Shown here: positions 21,599 to 36,300 of the stretch, one piece after another
Layout: every line of letters starts with the position of its first letter
How positions within the stretch are numbered: position 1 is the first letter of the stretch
Source of the DNA: Lama glama
Lineage: Eukaryota
Length of the DNA: 64,000 bases
NCBI GenBank assembly: GCA_028534125.1
Contig: JAPYYK010000093.1
Location: 682,001 to 746,000 of the forward strand
Direction: 5' to 3'
Notes under the pieces: model-generated
What the model was told of the DNA's origin: nothing
What the model saw: the letters and a program-made list of their open reading frames with translations, nothing else
Database searches by the model: none
Translations under genes and position numbers: made by a program

Positions 21599-24500
21599 AA
21601 TGGGGCGGGACCCCGCTCACCGACCAATCGAACTGCAGGAGGAGGAGCAGAGAGGTTGAGGAGGACCAATTACAGCGCTTGGACCCGAGGCTGACGTGAC
21701 TATGTGGGGTTGAGCCTGACCTAGAGACCACTAGGGAATGACCGAGTAGAAGGCCAGGGAGGGGCCGGTGTTCTACAGACCCAAGTCCAGATTTTCTTCG
21801 GGCATTCCCCTTCCTTGGGGACAGGACCTCTTATCTCTGAAGAAGTGGTGACAGCAGGAGGGCGGGGTCACGGGCTCGTCTCCTTCAAGGCGGTTTGGTG
21901 TGCAGGCGCCCCCTGTGGGCTGCACCTGGACTCTGTGTGTGGGTCGCATGGGATATGGTTTGAAGAGGGACATTGGGAGATGGAAAAGGTGTGGAAGGAG
22001 TACTCAGAACCGAGCAGGTCCACGGGGGTCAATCCTGACATCACCACAGCCAAAAGGATCCAGGCAAGAACGTTTTCTCTGAGACCTGGGGGAGAAGTCA
22101 CCATAGCAACATTTGCACCAAGCAGGGCCATTCAGTCTCGACCCTAAGCTGGCCTCTGGCAGGCCCTCCAGTCAGGGAAGAAATGACTACTGACTTCGGG
22201 AGGCAGGCAAGGATAGTGAGCCCCCAGCTCCGCCCACTGGACAGTCTACATGTGTCTCTAGATTGGTGGGCCTCCTAAAAATGTGGGAGACCTGGAGCTC
22301 CAAACACCCAGAAACTGTAGGATGATAAGGTAGAGAGAAGGAGCAGTGACACCCCCTCCCATCTACATGGAGCACTTGCTACACTTTATCCTTAACAGCT
22401 GGTATTGTCCCCATTATGCAGACAAGACTGAGCCCTGGGGAACAAAAGTCAGAAGCCCATGCTCCTACCCGCAATCCTCTCCACCTTTTCTCAGTTCACT
22501 GGACTCCCCAGGAAGCATCTTGAAAGACTATAAGGACTACGTACACCTTCTCCAAGCCCTTACGCCAGAAAGAGAGGGAGAGAATTGGGGAAGTGACAGG
22601 GTCTGCTCCCCACTCCCCACTGTCCAATGTGTATCCTCATGTTCCCAGGGAAGAGGGTAAGATTCAGATCTCCTGCCAGGGATGACAGACTGCTGGCAGT
22701 GTCCAGAGGCCTGGATGGTAGTGTCCAGGCTTTCCCCAGGGCAGACAGGGCTGAGCTTGCCCTGCCTGGGAGGAGATGAAAAACAGAGGGATCCAAAAGC
22801 AAAGCCCTGTGAAACAGGACAAAATGACAAAATAATTGGTTCAAATGAGAAGTGACTTCAGGGGATCCACTTCTCCGTAAATTTCCTAAAGAGAAGTTGA
22901 GCTTCAGTGTAGCCCCACCAAAATAGGCTAGAAGCTCCTTTAATGGGATGCTGATGGGTGTGGAACCCTCGTTACTCACTTTGACGGCTGAGGCACCTGG
23001 AGATCCCAGCCTGGGGCTCCTGTGTAAGATGCTATCTCTTTAGTAGGAACTGCCTACTGCCCTGCATTACTGTGAAGGCAAAGGGCCTTTGCAGTTGCCA
23101 AGCAACAGAGCTGGGATTTGAACCTAGTTCTCTGTGGGGACCAATCCCAAGCTCTCTACCCTAAGGCTGTACCGCTTCCTTCTCACTCTACTTTACTGAA
23201 CACTTACTATGTGCCAGGTGCGCTCAGCAATTTCCAGCCCATTTTATTTTCTTACTACTACATATTGCCCCCTCTTAATAGGTGATGAAACTGAGGGAGA
23301 GAGAGGTTACAATATATCCTAGATCACTCAGGCCCCGTCCTTCCCCACACTTCCTCTTCTTGTGACATGCCAGCTTCTAGGCATCCTTCGGGATCCAACT
23401 TTCAGGTCCTCAGTGAAGCCTCCCTGTCTCCTGGCCAGTCAATGGCCAAGCACCAAGGATGTCCCCTTGAAAGCCCCCTACAGAAGTCAGTGATTATGCA
23501 GTACTTTGTGTAAACTAAAGGGCCCCAAGGGTTTTGCCCTCCAACCGTCCTTTGTGAATTTGACAGTATAATGCACCTTTCAGGCATGCTAGGGACAGTG
23601 ATATGCCTCTGTTTTGCCCCAGGTGCCTGCTTGCCCTAGGTGTTGTGAGTCCCTGGAACCATCTAATTAGCACCTCTCGCCCTGATTGCTGGGCCAACAC
23701 TGACACCCAGTGGCAATTCCTCTCCTAGTTTCTTGTGTCAAATCGCCTTAGATTCTCCCTTGCAGAAAAACCCCTGCCTTGCACCCCAGGAACTGGCCTT
23801 GCTGCAGAATCTCTCTGCCCCTCCCCACTCAGAACAGTCAGAAGATGGGACACAAGAATACACGGGAGTTCCTTCCTCAAGGTCTGGCTCATTTGTCTCT
23901 ATACTCTCACATGTGCAGCCTCTCTTCTCAAAGAACAGTTTGTGTGTGTTGGGGGAGGGAGGGTTCAGCTGCCCCCCTCCCATGCTGTTCAGGCACTTAC
24001 TGGACCCCTTGGTCATTGTAAGCTACTCCAAAGGCCTCAGCCCCCATCCCCATAGATGTGCAGCTATCATGGAGGGCTGTGTGGCAGAATCTGCCACCAT
24101 GAACCCACCCCTGCCCTGGCCCAGCCATCTCAAATACTAAATCCTCCCATCAGTGGGCAGGTGGCAGATACTTGCTGGAACATGAGCAGTGAGGGGAAAC
24201 CATGCATTCTGACTCACCTGGGTTAATCGGTCAGTTGCAAAACAGGTGTCCATGATGAAGCCATGTGGGGAACGTGTGTAAGCATTGGTACCGGTATGGA
24301 CACTGCAAGGGGACAGACATCACCATTGCGTACTTTTTACCTTTCTGTATGTTTTTTATTTATTATATAACAAGCAAGTTTTACTTATGCAATTAAAATT
24401 TTTAATAAAAAGAGACCAGTTTGAAAACTACAAGTATAAAAATTTTAGAACAATTGTAATCTAACTCTATTTTTAGAAAATAAGATATCTCAGAGACCAT

Positions 24501-24781
24501 GGCATGCAGAGAAGTCCTTGTCTGTGACAAGGAGCCTGCCTCCACCCTCAACTCCCTAGCCTGCTGCTTATGAGTTGAGACCTGCTTGTCCAGAATGAAA
24601 CATTGCTCAGCTTTGGGTTCATCTGGCTCAAACCAGCCACCCGCATAGAAGAAGGAGGATCCTTTTCTAGTCTCCAAGCAATGAAAACATCTGGATCACA
24701 GGCTTTCTTCAAGGCTCTGGGATCTTGGATCAGATTCTTAGGTGAGGCTCAAGGACAGAAGTCCTGGTCCAGCTAGGCATG

Positions 24782-24895
24782 AATGTGTGTGTGTTGTGTG
24801 CATGCCTGTGTATCTCTATGTGCATGTGTGCACACATGTAAATGTGTGATTGTGCATATGTGAACACGTGTGAGAATATGTACATATGGATGTGG
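24782..24895. repeat. Imperfect alternating purine-pyrimidine (TG/CA/TA) tract
   Basis: Read directly; similar tracts at about 39770-39975 and 55468-55516. Confidence 0.8.
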
Positions 24896-26245
24896 GAGGG
24901 GGCAGAGGGGCACAGGAGAGGAGGGCATAATTTGAGGGTGAGAGCTGGGCCCTGGAGTTGTTCTTTGGGGGTTGGGATGGCGGCTCTGCCATGACAGCTA
25001 CTGACCTCAGGCAGGTTTCTTGACCTCTCAAGACTTGTCTGTCTTATGTGTCTGTGTTGCAGGCTGTGTGGGATTGGTACTGCCCTCTTCTCCAGTCCTA
25101 GTGAGGTCATGGGGTGCCAGATAGAGGACTTCCCCAGTGTCTGGTCCAAAAGAATGGTTCAGTACACCTAGTTGAGTCTATCTTCAGGGCCTCTGCTTTT
25201 CTGAACCCTACTAGCTTGAAGGTCTCCTTAAGGAGACAGGGCAGACCCTCAACACACCCTCATCCAGCTCAATCACTGTACAGAGAGGGTGCCCTTTCTC
25301 CTGGAGCTGCTGCACTGAAGAGCTTGGATAAGGCATCAGTGTGCATCCACATGTGTGTGTATGTGTGTTGGGGGTGCATAGGACAGAGAGCTTGCGGGGC
25401 CCCAATCCCAGAGCCAGAAGATACCTTTGAATACTTAAGTATATACATAGACAACCCATGGTTGGGAGAGGTCGCGTTCCTGCAGTCCCGTTAATGGTCG
25501 GTAGATGGCAGCAGAGGACCGTGCAGGGATCCTGCCCCACCTCGCACCTTCCCAGTCCCAAGCCCGACATCTCGTTTGGGATTGGGGGCGGGGTGTGAGA
25601 AGGATGTACGGGAGTAGTGCAGATTTGTCCAAGGAGACAGCCACACACCCCGCGGCTCTAGACAAGTTGTTTCCTCTCAGGGGTCCTCAGTTTTCTCATC
25701 TGTGAAATAAGAGTTAACAGCCTGTGATAGGAAAACCAGTTTATTTATGTAAGGTAATCTAAGATGGGCTCAGAGTAGAGGCCTAAATGTGGAAGGGAAA
25801 ACCATTTAGCTAATAAAGAATATCTGCCACTGGAGTGGAAGGAGGGGACTTTTTAAACACACCAAAAGCTCAAACCATAAGGTGAAAAGTTGATGGATCT
25901 GACCAAATGGGAATTTAGAATTTTGGTCCAAGGACGCTGTATTCCCAACAGAATATGAGCAAGAGATGCACAGAAAAGGGAGAGATGCCAGTGCTAGAGA
26001 GACGCCCAGAGCCACCAGGAACCAGAGAGACGAGAATCACAAAATTCCATTTCACTTGGCACGTTGGCAAAAATTTAGACTTTAGGTACTCTGGCGATCG
26101 GTCACTATTAAGGAAGTCAGAAGACTTACAAGTTACTTTGGAGGGTTTCCTAGCAGCGTGCAGAGAAAACAACCGACTCAAGAGGCTACCTGAATCTCCA
26201 ACAGAAACAAGACGTCTGTGCTTTCACTTCCCTAGTGGTTGGTAA

Positions 26246-27337
<1,092 letters not shown>

Positions 27338-30300
27338 TAGAGACGGGGAAACTGAGGCTTAGCCTAGCTAAGCCCATGGTGTCCCAGGGAGCAGGGGGTG
27401 GAGTCAGTATGAGTAGAGCCTGCTGCACCCGGAAGTAGGGAAAGAGTGGCTCCTGATTCTGGGTTTCTGGCTGGGCTTATGTTTTTGGGCCCAAGGAGGA
27501 CCTTCACTCAGCTTGGCTGTTCCTTCCATGAAAAGCTCTTCTGACTGAAATGGGTTTGAGTTTCTTTCTGCCTGTGACGGAGTCCCCATGAAAGCTTGAG
27601 GTGGGGCTACATTCTCCTGTGGCCCCTGCCTGCCTGGCTGCAGTGGTGGGAGCCTCTTAGGGCTGGCTGGTGGGCAAGGCTGATGCCCATCACACCTGTG
27701 GGCAGGAAGGTGCTGATGGGCTCTAGCTGAGTCACCAGACCCGTGTTGAAAGGGGCCGGCCCTGTTTCAAGTCTGACCCACCCTGTTTCCTGGACAGAGG
27801 GCGGGCCAGCCATCTAGCCACGTCATGCCACTGTAGGCCTGGCTAAGACCTCACTGATACAGGTGGAATCCAGGCAGTCCTGGGGGTGGCTGATCTAGCC
27901 ACATAGTTCTGGGCCCAGGACCCTGCCCCATACCCAGAATCCCTTGAATCTGTCATCACTGGAAACTTTACTTAATTGCAGTTTGTGCCAGTGGCCACTT
28001 GGGTGGGTAGAGCATGGCAAGGAGAGTGGCTCCTGGAGGTTAGACTACAGCAAGGATCTTCTTATTTTATAGTCATTGCAATCATGAGCCTGAGCACAGA
28101 GTCCTGCAGATGTAGCTCTAATCTTTGGCCTGTATTTGCCAGCTCCATGACCTTGGACTAGCTCTTTGGACTCTTGAAATCAGGTTTCTGCCTCTCTGCA
28201 AGAGTTGATAAGATAAGGAGTTGATGTGAGCTTGGGATGAAATGATGCATGTAGAGTAATTGGTAAAGAGACTGGAGCAGCTCTGGAGAGGCTACAGGAC
28301 TTATTTAGCATGCAGGGTTTGCAAGTGTCTGAGCAGGGGCCTGGGCCTAACTCTCTGTCTTCCCCAGTGGCACTAGGACTAATAGTCGTCTCCCCATGGT
28401 GATCTTGGAAGGGATCATGAGAATGGGTCTTGAGGATGCTCAGGGCTGGGCCAGTGGGGCTAGGTCTCAGGCACAGCTTCTTGGCTTACTAACTCAGCAG
28501 TGGAGTGGGGTTAGGGGGCCCTTTTGGAGCCCCAGGCAGGGGATTCTCTGAGTTCTTCAGTGAAAAGGTGGCTCTTCTGAGGGGAGATGGGGGTAATGGG
28601 GTGAGAAGTGAGAATCTCCACCCTTTTCCTCAGCACTGTCTTAGCCCTTTCAGCCCTGCTAGGGTCAGGGGGCAGTCTGGGTAGACAAGAGTTTGACTGA
28701 GGCCAGAGTACCTCTTAATACTGAGGCTTTGGCCCTGTGAGCCAGGACTGAGCTCTGACCAGCCCCTGTGGTACTCCAGATGCTGTGAGGGAGGAATGGA
28801 GAGTGTGAGTGGCTAGAGATCATGGGCCCAGGCAGCGCTGGCTTTAAGCAGGACTGGGTCTAGGCCCTTCCCCATAGGTGCTGTGCCTAACAAGTAACTT
28901 GGGGGAACTTGTGACTGCAACAACTTCCAAGGCATCTTCTCTTGAATCTAGGGCCTCAGTGCTCTCTGTTCTGGGCTGAGAACTGGGACAGGCTTACAGT
29001 ACCCCTTAAGGCTTCAGGGGTGAGTGTGACTAGGGCTACTGGCTTGAGACCTTCAGGACCTGACCCTAGGTTGGCCCTCCAGGGGGACATGGATTAGATG
29101 TGGACCCCACCCCAGCACCTTCCTGTTCTTGCCAACTCCCACCCTCTCCAGTGACCAAGCCTAAAAGTCTGTACCCTACTGGGCAGGTTCACTCCATCTT
29201 TCAAGATGGGACAAACACAGCCTGAAGCACATTGTACCTATACTGTGAGTGATGGCTCTGCTTTGAGGAGGGAGGGGACACCTTTCTGCTTATAGCCTCT
29301 GCTCCCTACCCAGGAGGCCCAGGACAGGGGGACCTCAGCACATGGGCAGGCCTGGGCCCCAGGAGCTCAGCCAGCCTGTGGATGGGTCTCAGCCTTCTCT
29401 CTGCCTCTACCTAGCCCCTTCTCCAGTTGCTCCAGGTCAGCCTAGGTAGAGGCCCTGGGCTCTGTGTCTCTCAGCTTCCCCAGACCATCCCAGGTTCCCA
29501 GGCTGGCCTGTCCTTGTCCTGTAGCCTGGATTTGTCTAGCCCACTCCTTCCTGGTGGTCCAGGTCTAGCATCTTGATCGCTCTCTATGCCCATCCTCCTG
29601 GTCCTGTTGCTCAAGGTGGAAGATAGTGCTTAGTATGAAGCCTGAAACAGAGCAGGCGCTCATAAAGCAGGAAGAGCTGTGGTCGCTGTCCCTGTAGCTG
29701 TTGCTGCTCTTTGGGGGCCCTAGAGAAGTAGACTTCTCCTTCTTGGGGAGCTGGGCCTCTTCCCCTTTCCCTCAGCCCCTGATCACTGGCTTGGTCTATC
29801 TTGGCCTCATTCACACTCAGCGGCTCCTTCCCAAGGCCAGTTTCCGCCACCAGTGCTGTCAGTCCACTCTCCATTCCACCCTTAGCACTTGCTGCTGTCC
29901 CTTTGGCAGGAACTGGAGGTCTGCTTGCCAAGTATCCAGGGCAGGGGACTGCCTCCTACTGACCTCTTGCTTGTGACCCCTTCCAGTCCTAACTGGTTAA
30001 TTGACACCCCTTAGCTTCACTCCTAACTGGACACAGGTCTGCCCATCTGTCCCCCATCAGTCACCCCATCATAGCTGAGACCCAGCCCCTCAATCCTTAT
30101 CCCATATATGAAAATTGGGACCTGAAGTTAGTGGTCGGAAGTCACATGGCTTGACTGGGAGGGCGGATTATAGCAGAGGCCAGAATCCTCTTCCCTCCTG
30201 ACTTCCTGCCAAGCCCACTTGTGGTCCTCAGCCTCTTGGCAGGCAGAAGTGACTTAGATAAATAAAAACAATAAAAGAGGGGTTCTGCACATGGAGGAGA

Positions 30301-33300
30301 GATGGAGTCTTCTTTCTGCCCCTGCTCTCTGGGCTCTGGGTCCACTGGAGCCTGTTGGAGGCCCCCAGGGCTCCCAGTGCCCTCCTCTTACTGTCTTTGT
30401 GGAGTGGAGTGGTGGGGTGCCAGATCCCCATGCTCAGGAAATCCCTGCATTGCTCCACAGGTGGGGCTGGCCTGTTGGAGCTGGTGCTGTAGAGCTGGAT
30501 TTGAGGCTGGGTGGGGCTGCCAGGACAGCCAGGTACTTTCATCTGGCAGCTGCCACTCCTTCACCTGCCATCTCCAGACCGGTCAGATCAGCCTCTGCGG
30601 GGCCTCTTGTTTACTGAGTCAACAAATCAGGAAGCATGTGAAGGGCTGGCAGCCCTGTACAGTGGGGTCTGGAGTCTGCAGTAGTGGTTTCACTGCAACT
30701 GAGCATCTCCGCAGGCTGCCCATCTCCTGGAAGGAAAGGCTCTGAGGAGGTCAAGCACTACCACACTCAAGTGGAGCCTTTGGAACTGCCAGGAGTAGGC
30801 CATTTGCTTTTTAAATGAACATCCTAAGGAGGGCATCAAACCCTATGAAATGCCAATAGTGGGTTTTCCACGGAGGTGGGTTGTTTTGAGATGCTTCACA
30901 CCCTGCCCAGCCGGCCTTGGTCACAGCTTTAGAAGCTGTGCTCCTGGCCACTGTTGGGATTCCCTCTGCTGGGACTCCCAGAACCTTCTTCCCTTTCCAC
31001 CCAGGAAGTGACGCCATCTGTCCAGGTGTCAGGCCTTGGGGTTGTGGATTCTAATATTCTTGTAAATAGCTAACAGTTTTCCAGAGTGTTCTGTCTGGCT
31101 GACCCTGTTCTCAGTGTGCAATACGTGTTATCTTACCTAACTTGTTATTCCCATTTTATGGTTGAAGACACTGATACTCATAAAGGTAAATGCTTTGCCC
31201 AAGGTGGACAGCTGGTGAGTGGCAGGGCTGGGAGCCTTGGCAGTTTGATGACAGAGTCTTAGCACCTTAGTCATCTCATGCCTCGTGCAAGTCTGTGGGG
31301 ACATGGGAGGGTCTCTGAGACTTGGCCCCTGGAATGATGCTGGCAATGTCCTCCATGGTTCCCCTGGGTCCTAAGTGATGCTGCTGGTATTTGTCTGTAC
31401 CTGCCTAGCTCCCTCCCTGTACAGGACTCTATGCCTGTAAGTGGTGGTGGTCATGCAAGGCCAGTGCATGAGGACCATGATGGCCGTGGGACTGCACCAG
31501 AAAGGTTGTGTGGTTCATCCCAGGTCTTCTGAATTTCAGGCAAGCGCAGCCTAGCAGAGTCCAGGGTGCCACAGGCAGGAAGTCAGGTTGGTGAGTGGGG
31601 GAGAGAAAACTGTCAGGACCGGGCCAGCCAGGGGCAGTTTCCTGGAAGACATTGCCAGCTTTAATGCAGGCCTCTGGTCTGAGAAGGATGTGGATGACAG
31701 AGGAGGACCCAGGGTGTGACGACATGTCTGGCTTGGACAGCTCAGCGCCTGCTGTGCAGTACCGCTTCCCCACTCCTGAGTCTTGTGTCCTGGTCGGATA
31801 TGGCTCATCTCGGCAGGGCTGGGGTCCAGGCCCTGACAAACTCTGGGGAGCTGTGGAGGGACCAAAGTGCTCTGCGGAAGAAGAGGCATTTACATAGGGC
31901 TTGAAGGATGGAGAGAAAAGGCCAGAGTTGACTCTCACTCTCCATCTGCCCACAACTCAGATTCATAGGTTGTCCACTAGAGGCCTCTCTCTTTGGTGAC
32001 CTTCCCCACTAGGTGGGCAAAAATCTTCCCTCCTTCTCCTAGAGCTTTTTTTTCTAGCATCACCAGGACCACCCTTGTGGACCAGTGTTGCCAGGGGTTT
32101 TGTAGGGGCTTCTGGGTCACCTGGGCTGTTGTTCAGTTCAGGGCCTGGTCTCTATGACAACAGAGGTCTGTTATGTCTCTGCTGAGGTTTGCACTTGGGG
32201 AAGCTGTTTCCTACTTTGATCCCTTGTCTTCCTCTCCCAGGACCTCCTTGACACATCATCATAGGAGACCCCTGTGAGGGGGCAGCAGGTGGAGCATCTG
32301 GCTCTGTAGCCCCCCCAGCCTCCTTTCCTGGCAACGGGCTGCCATGTGTCCCAAGGTGATGGCCACCAGGCAAGAGCTGGGGACAGTGGTCATCCCTAGG
32401 TGAGGGCGTCTTCGCAGCACACCTGTATTGTAAAAGTGTTCACCAGGTCCCACCCGGATAGGTGAGTCTGCTGCTCTCAGGGCAGGGGGATCATGGCTCC
32501 AATGGACTCCCACAGGCTCCCATGTTTTCCGAGGAGAACTTCGGTTCTGCTGCCCTTTGTCCCACCTGTTCGAGGTCTCGTGTGGCTCCACATGAGAGGC
32601 CGCCTGGTGTTGAGAGAGGAACAGGGCTCTGTGCTTAAAGTCCTTCCTGCTACTTTCTCCCCAAGTGACCTTGGAAAAAGGCAGTTTTGGAATTTTTTGC
32701 AAAACCACCATCATTTTGGTGCAGTTGAACCCTGGATTTGAATGTGTGGTGGGGAACGGGATGCGGTCTGAGTAGCTAACTCTCCCTGGGCTCCTGCTAT
32801 GAGACTGCCCAGGCCCACAGACACTGTCAGAGAGCAGAGATCTCATCTGGGGCGGCCTGGGTACAGTTTTTGGTGGCACTTTATTGGCCTTCATGAGGTC
32901 TCACTTGGGCTTACCCTGCACCTGGGGAAGCCAGCCCCTTGCACGGTTGGAAAGAATGATGTGAAAGAAACCCCTCCCCACCTCTGCCCTTTTGGAACTA
33001 AGTGGATTAGGCCCTGTGTCATTGTGATGAGCACCCTGCTGTGTGGGAACCGTGGGGGCCCGTTTAGAGCAGGAGCACCAGGCGGGCCTTTTTGAGGATG
33101 AGGAGCCTCAGGAGGCCTTTTCAGCACTGGATGGACCAGGGATGCTGAGAAGATTGATTTTGCTTTTTTTGCAGGTTTGATATTAGGTTTACCTTTTTCT
33201 TTAGACCAGGGCTTTGTCCTTGCTACTTTCTCTTTGTGCTGCTTTCCCTCTTTCTGTCTTCTCTGCCTCCCTGTCCCTCTCCTTGCCCATCTCTGTTTCT

Positions 33301-36300
33301 TCTGCTGTTGCTCAGTCCCTCCTCTCTCGGGCTGCCACCTTCTATCTGTCTCATGGGTTCGGGCCTGGCTTGCCTCTTCTCCGCAGCCTGCGGGCTGAGG
33401 GCAGGCGGAGGACAGATGGGGGCTGGTCAGGTGCTCGGGACTCATCCTACTCATCCTAGTCACCCTGAAAGCCTGCCCCACCCCCCAGTATCTGGTAGGG
33501 GTAGGACAAGAAGGAGGCCGCTCACAGTGTTTCCTCCGCTCCTGGCCTTGACCGAGTGCTGTCCGCATTGGCAGCTGGAGCATTGGAGTCAGGGGCATTT
33601 GGGCCAAGCTTGTAACCTGAGGCTGTTCCCTGTGGAGTCTGGGAAGTCAGCCTTGGCTGTGGCTTCTGCTAGTGGGTCTCCTTTTATGGCTCATTGGTCT
33701 GAGACTTGCTGGGGACAATGGTGCAAGACCAGGAGCACTGTGACGCCCAAGGATTGCTGGATGAGGTCGGGGAGAGAAAGGGCCACAGTCTCCCAGCCAA
33801 CTGAGAGAGCCTATGGAGGGGATGGGGGGCTTGAGGTGCGAGGCGGAATGTGCCTCTGTTTTAGGTTCGGAACTGCGCTGCCCTGTGCTAGCTGGGATGA
33901 GCACCCCAGAGCTGCTGGCTCTCTAGCCTGCACCCTGAACTTGACCCCACCCCACCCCTTAAGTGATGATCAGAGTCTATTTTCAGGAGCATGAAAGGCC
34001 AGGGCCTTGACCTGCCAGTCATCACCCCATTCCTAAGGGTTCAGCCTCCAGGGGACTCAGCTTGTTCCATAGCTGTTCCCGCAACATAAACAAACCCCCT
34101 TATCAGGATGTGGCAGTGGGACTGGCAGGTGGTCTTCATGCCCTCTGACAGGCAGCAGCATGGGGCGGGGGGATAAAAGCACCCACTTATCCCTGGAGTG
34201 CTTTCTACACACTAAACACAAACACAGCAGAGTCTAAGAATGGGTTGGCACCACCCCCATGTCCTGGATGCAGAGACTGAGGTCCAGGAAGGCAAACTAA
34301 CTCACTCAGGATCACATAGCAGGACACACCCAGGTTGGGCTGGAACCCCAGCCTGTCTGGCAGCCAAGCTGTGCTCTCAGCCATCCTTCCCTGTGTGGCG
34401 GGCCCCCTCCCGGGCCTGTGTGCCCATCTGTAATAAGGGGCTGGGTGCTCTGCTTGACCGGGGTCCCCCTTCTGGCTGTGAAGACCGTTTTGATGGGCAG
34501 TGACCATGAACAGTGCCAGGGGAACAGTCAGCTGGGGTGACACCACTGTGGGGTGTGTGTTCTGCTGGGAACAGGAGCTCTGGGGTTAAGACCCTTCTCC
34601 AGCGCACTCCGTGGCTCAGTTCGATCTCTGAGTCAGGCCAAGCCTGTACCAGGGTGCGTCTTTACCCTAGGAAGGCTGAGAGAGTGCAGATGAGTCACTG
34701 CAGCCCATTCCCAGGGCAGGAGTGTCCCTCGGTGCTGCCAGGCCACCGCCCCAGTCTCCCAGAGGGCGAGGCCTTCCTCCCTCTTTCACTTCCCCTTCCT
34801 CATGGCTGTGGCTCCAGAGACCAGGAGTTTCCCAGGAGCTGGTTGGGTGTTGGAGGCTTGGGAGCCTCCTAGCTGAACAGGAGCAGCAGAGAGAGGGTCC
34901 TGGGCCCAAGGCTAAGGAGGCTGGAAGCCTGGGCAGCCAGTTCCCCTGCTTCCCCTGGGAGGAGCCTGAGGAGGGCGATGGCTGCCCACGCTCACCCAGG
35001 TCTGTGTGGGGAGCTGCAGGGACGTGGATGAAGCCCAGGGGAGTGCGAGAGCTGCCGAGCAGACTTGGTGTTGGCCTTGGGAGGAGCAGGTCTTGGGGGC
35101 AGAGTCAGACGGTTTTCTAGGGTCTCTGCAGCCCCCACTTCTTACTCTCTGTCATCTTTGTAACATCTCCTCTGGGAGAAAGAGACCAGCTGTCCTTCCG
35201 AGAGCTAGAGGCTGTTGGGTCCCCCTCTGCAGAGCTGGCCAGAGGCATGGCCAGCTGGGTGCCTCAGCAGGGGTCTCCTGGGCATGGCTTCACTCGCCCT
35301 GGTTGCCCCTGCTTAGGGAAGGTAGCCACTGCCTCTGTCGCCCCGCATGGGCTGGGCTGGCATGTCTGCAGCACAGCTGGGGCACAGCCTCAGTGGCCGA
35401 GGTGGGGGTCTCTGCATGAGGAAGGCCCACTGAAGAGGCATTTCTGAGTTCAGAATAAAACACTTGTGTTTGCTAAAAGTTTTTCAGTCTTACGAAGAAT
35501 ATGTCTTATTTTCACACTGTCATAGAAGGTCTAGAACCAGGGTAATGTTTCACCAATTGTGTAGCTGATTTTGACAGAAAAATCCTTTTCTCCTTTAAGA
35601 AGCTAAAGGAGAATAATAGAAGCTGGACCCTCTAAGCAAGCACTCGCAGGGCTCACGAGATGCCGTGTGGCCTCTCCTCAGCCCCGTGGGAAGGCCATGG
35701 GTGGAATGTGAGGGTCTGGCACCTGCCGGGGGCAGGGGAGTTCTGGTCCTGCCACTTACATACTGTGTAACCTCTGAGAGAGGGTGGAGGCCGTAGCTCT
35801 TTCTGTGCCTCTTTCCCTACCTGTAAAGCAGGTGCTGATAGTCCCAGACCTGCCTGCCCCACTCATGGGTGAGGAGAGTGTGTGCCCATTTCACAGATGA
35901 GGAGCTGGGGCTCAGGGAGGTTAGGGGACCAACGCAAGGTTACCACACACTTTGCAGAAGGGGGCGTTGCTTGAGAGGGTGCTCAGAGGAGTTGCAGATG
36001 TAAAGGTGTCTGTCGAAGAAAGTGGGGGTGCCCCCTCCTCCAGTCTGCCAAAGCTGAGGGCTGGGTTAATTCCTTGACTTGGGTCCCTGGCTTAGGTTGT
36101 TTCCCATGGCCAGGGTTCCCCCCTGAGATCAGCCACGATCTCCCCACCCTGGAGGGTCTGCCCCCTCCTCACTGAGCCTTTCACAGCAAAACATGAGCCA
36201 CAGACTCTTGATCCTTGGTCCACTTTTGCAAAGCCCAGTCCTGCCTCTCTCGGGATCTGAGATCATTTTCTGTGACCTGCTGGATTGGAGGGAGCCCACC

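Larger units (their letters stand above)
20940..21700. promoter_or_regulatory. CISH: CpG island / TATA-less promoter of CISH with GC boxes, CCAAT boxes and a CRE-like site
   Basis: Visibly CpG-dense; GC boxes near 21409-21420 and at 21602-21609; CCAAT at 21624-21628 and 21666-21670; TGACGTGA at 21692-21699. Boundaries approximate. Confidence 0.8.

Noticed and set aside
32259-33994. Long overlapping ORFs (211, 238 and 252 aa) in the large MAPKAPK3 intron
   Set aside because: No recognisable domain. They run across a low-complexity pyrimidine tract (about 33160-33350) and GC-rich DNA that suppress stop codons, and show no supporting exon structure.
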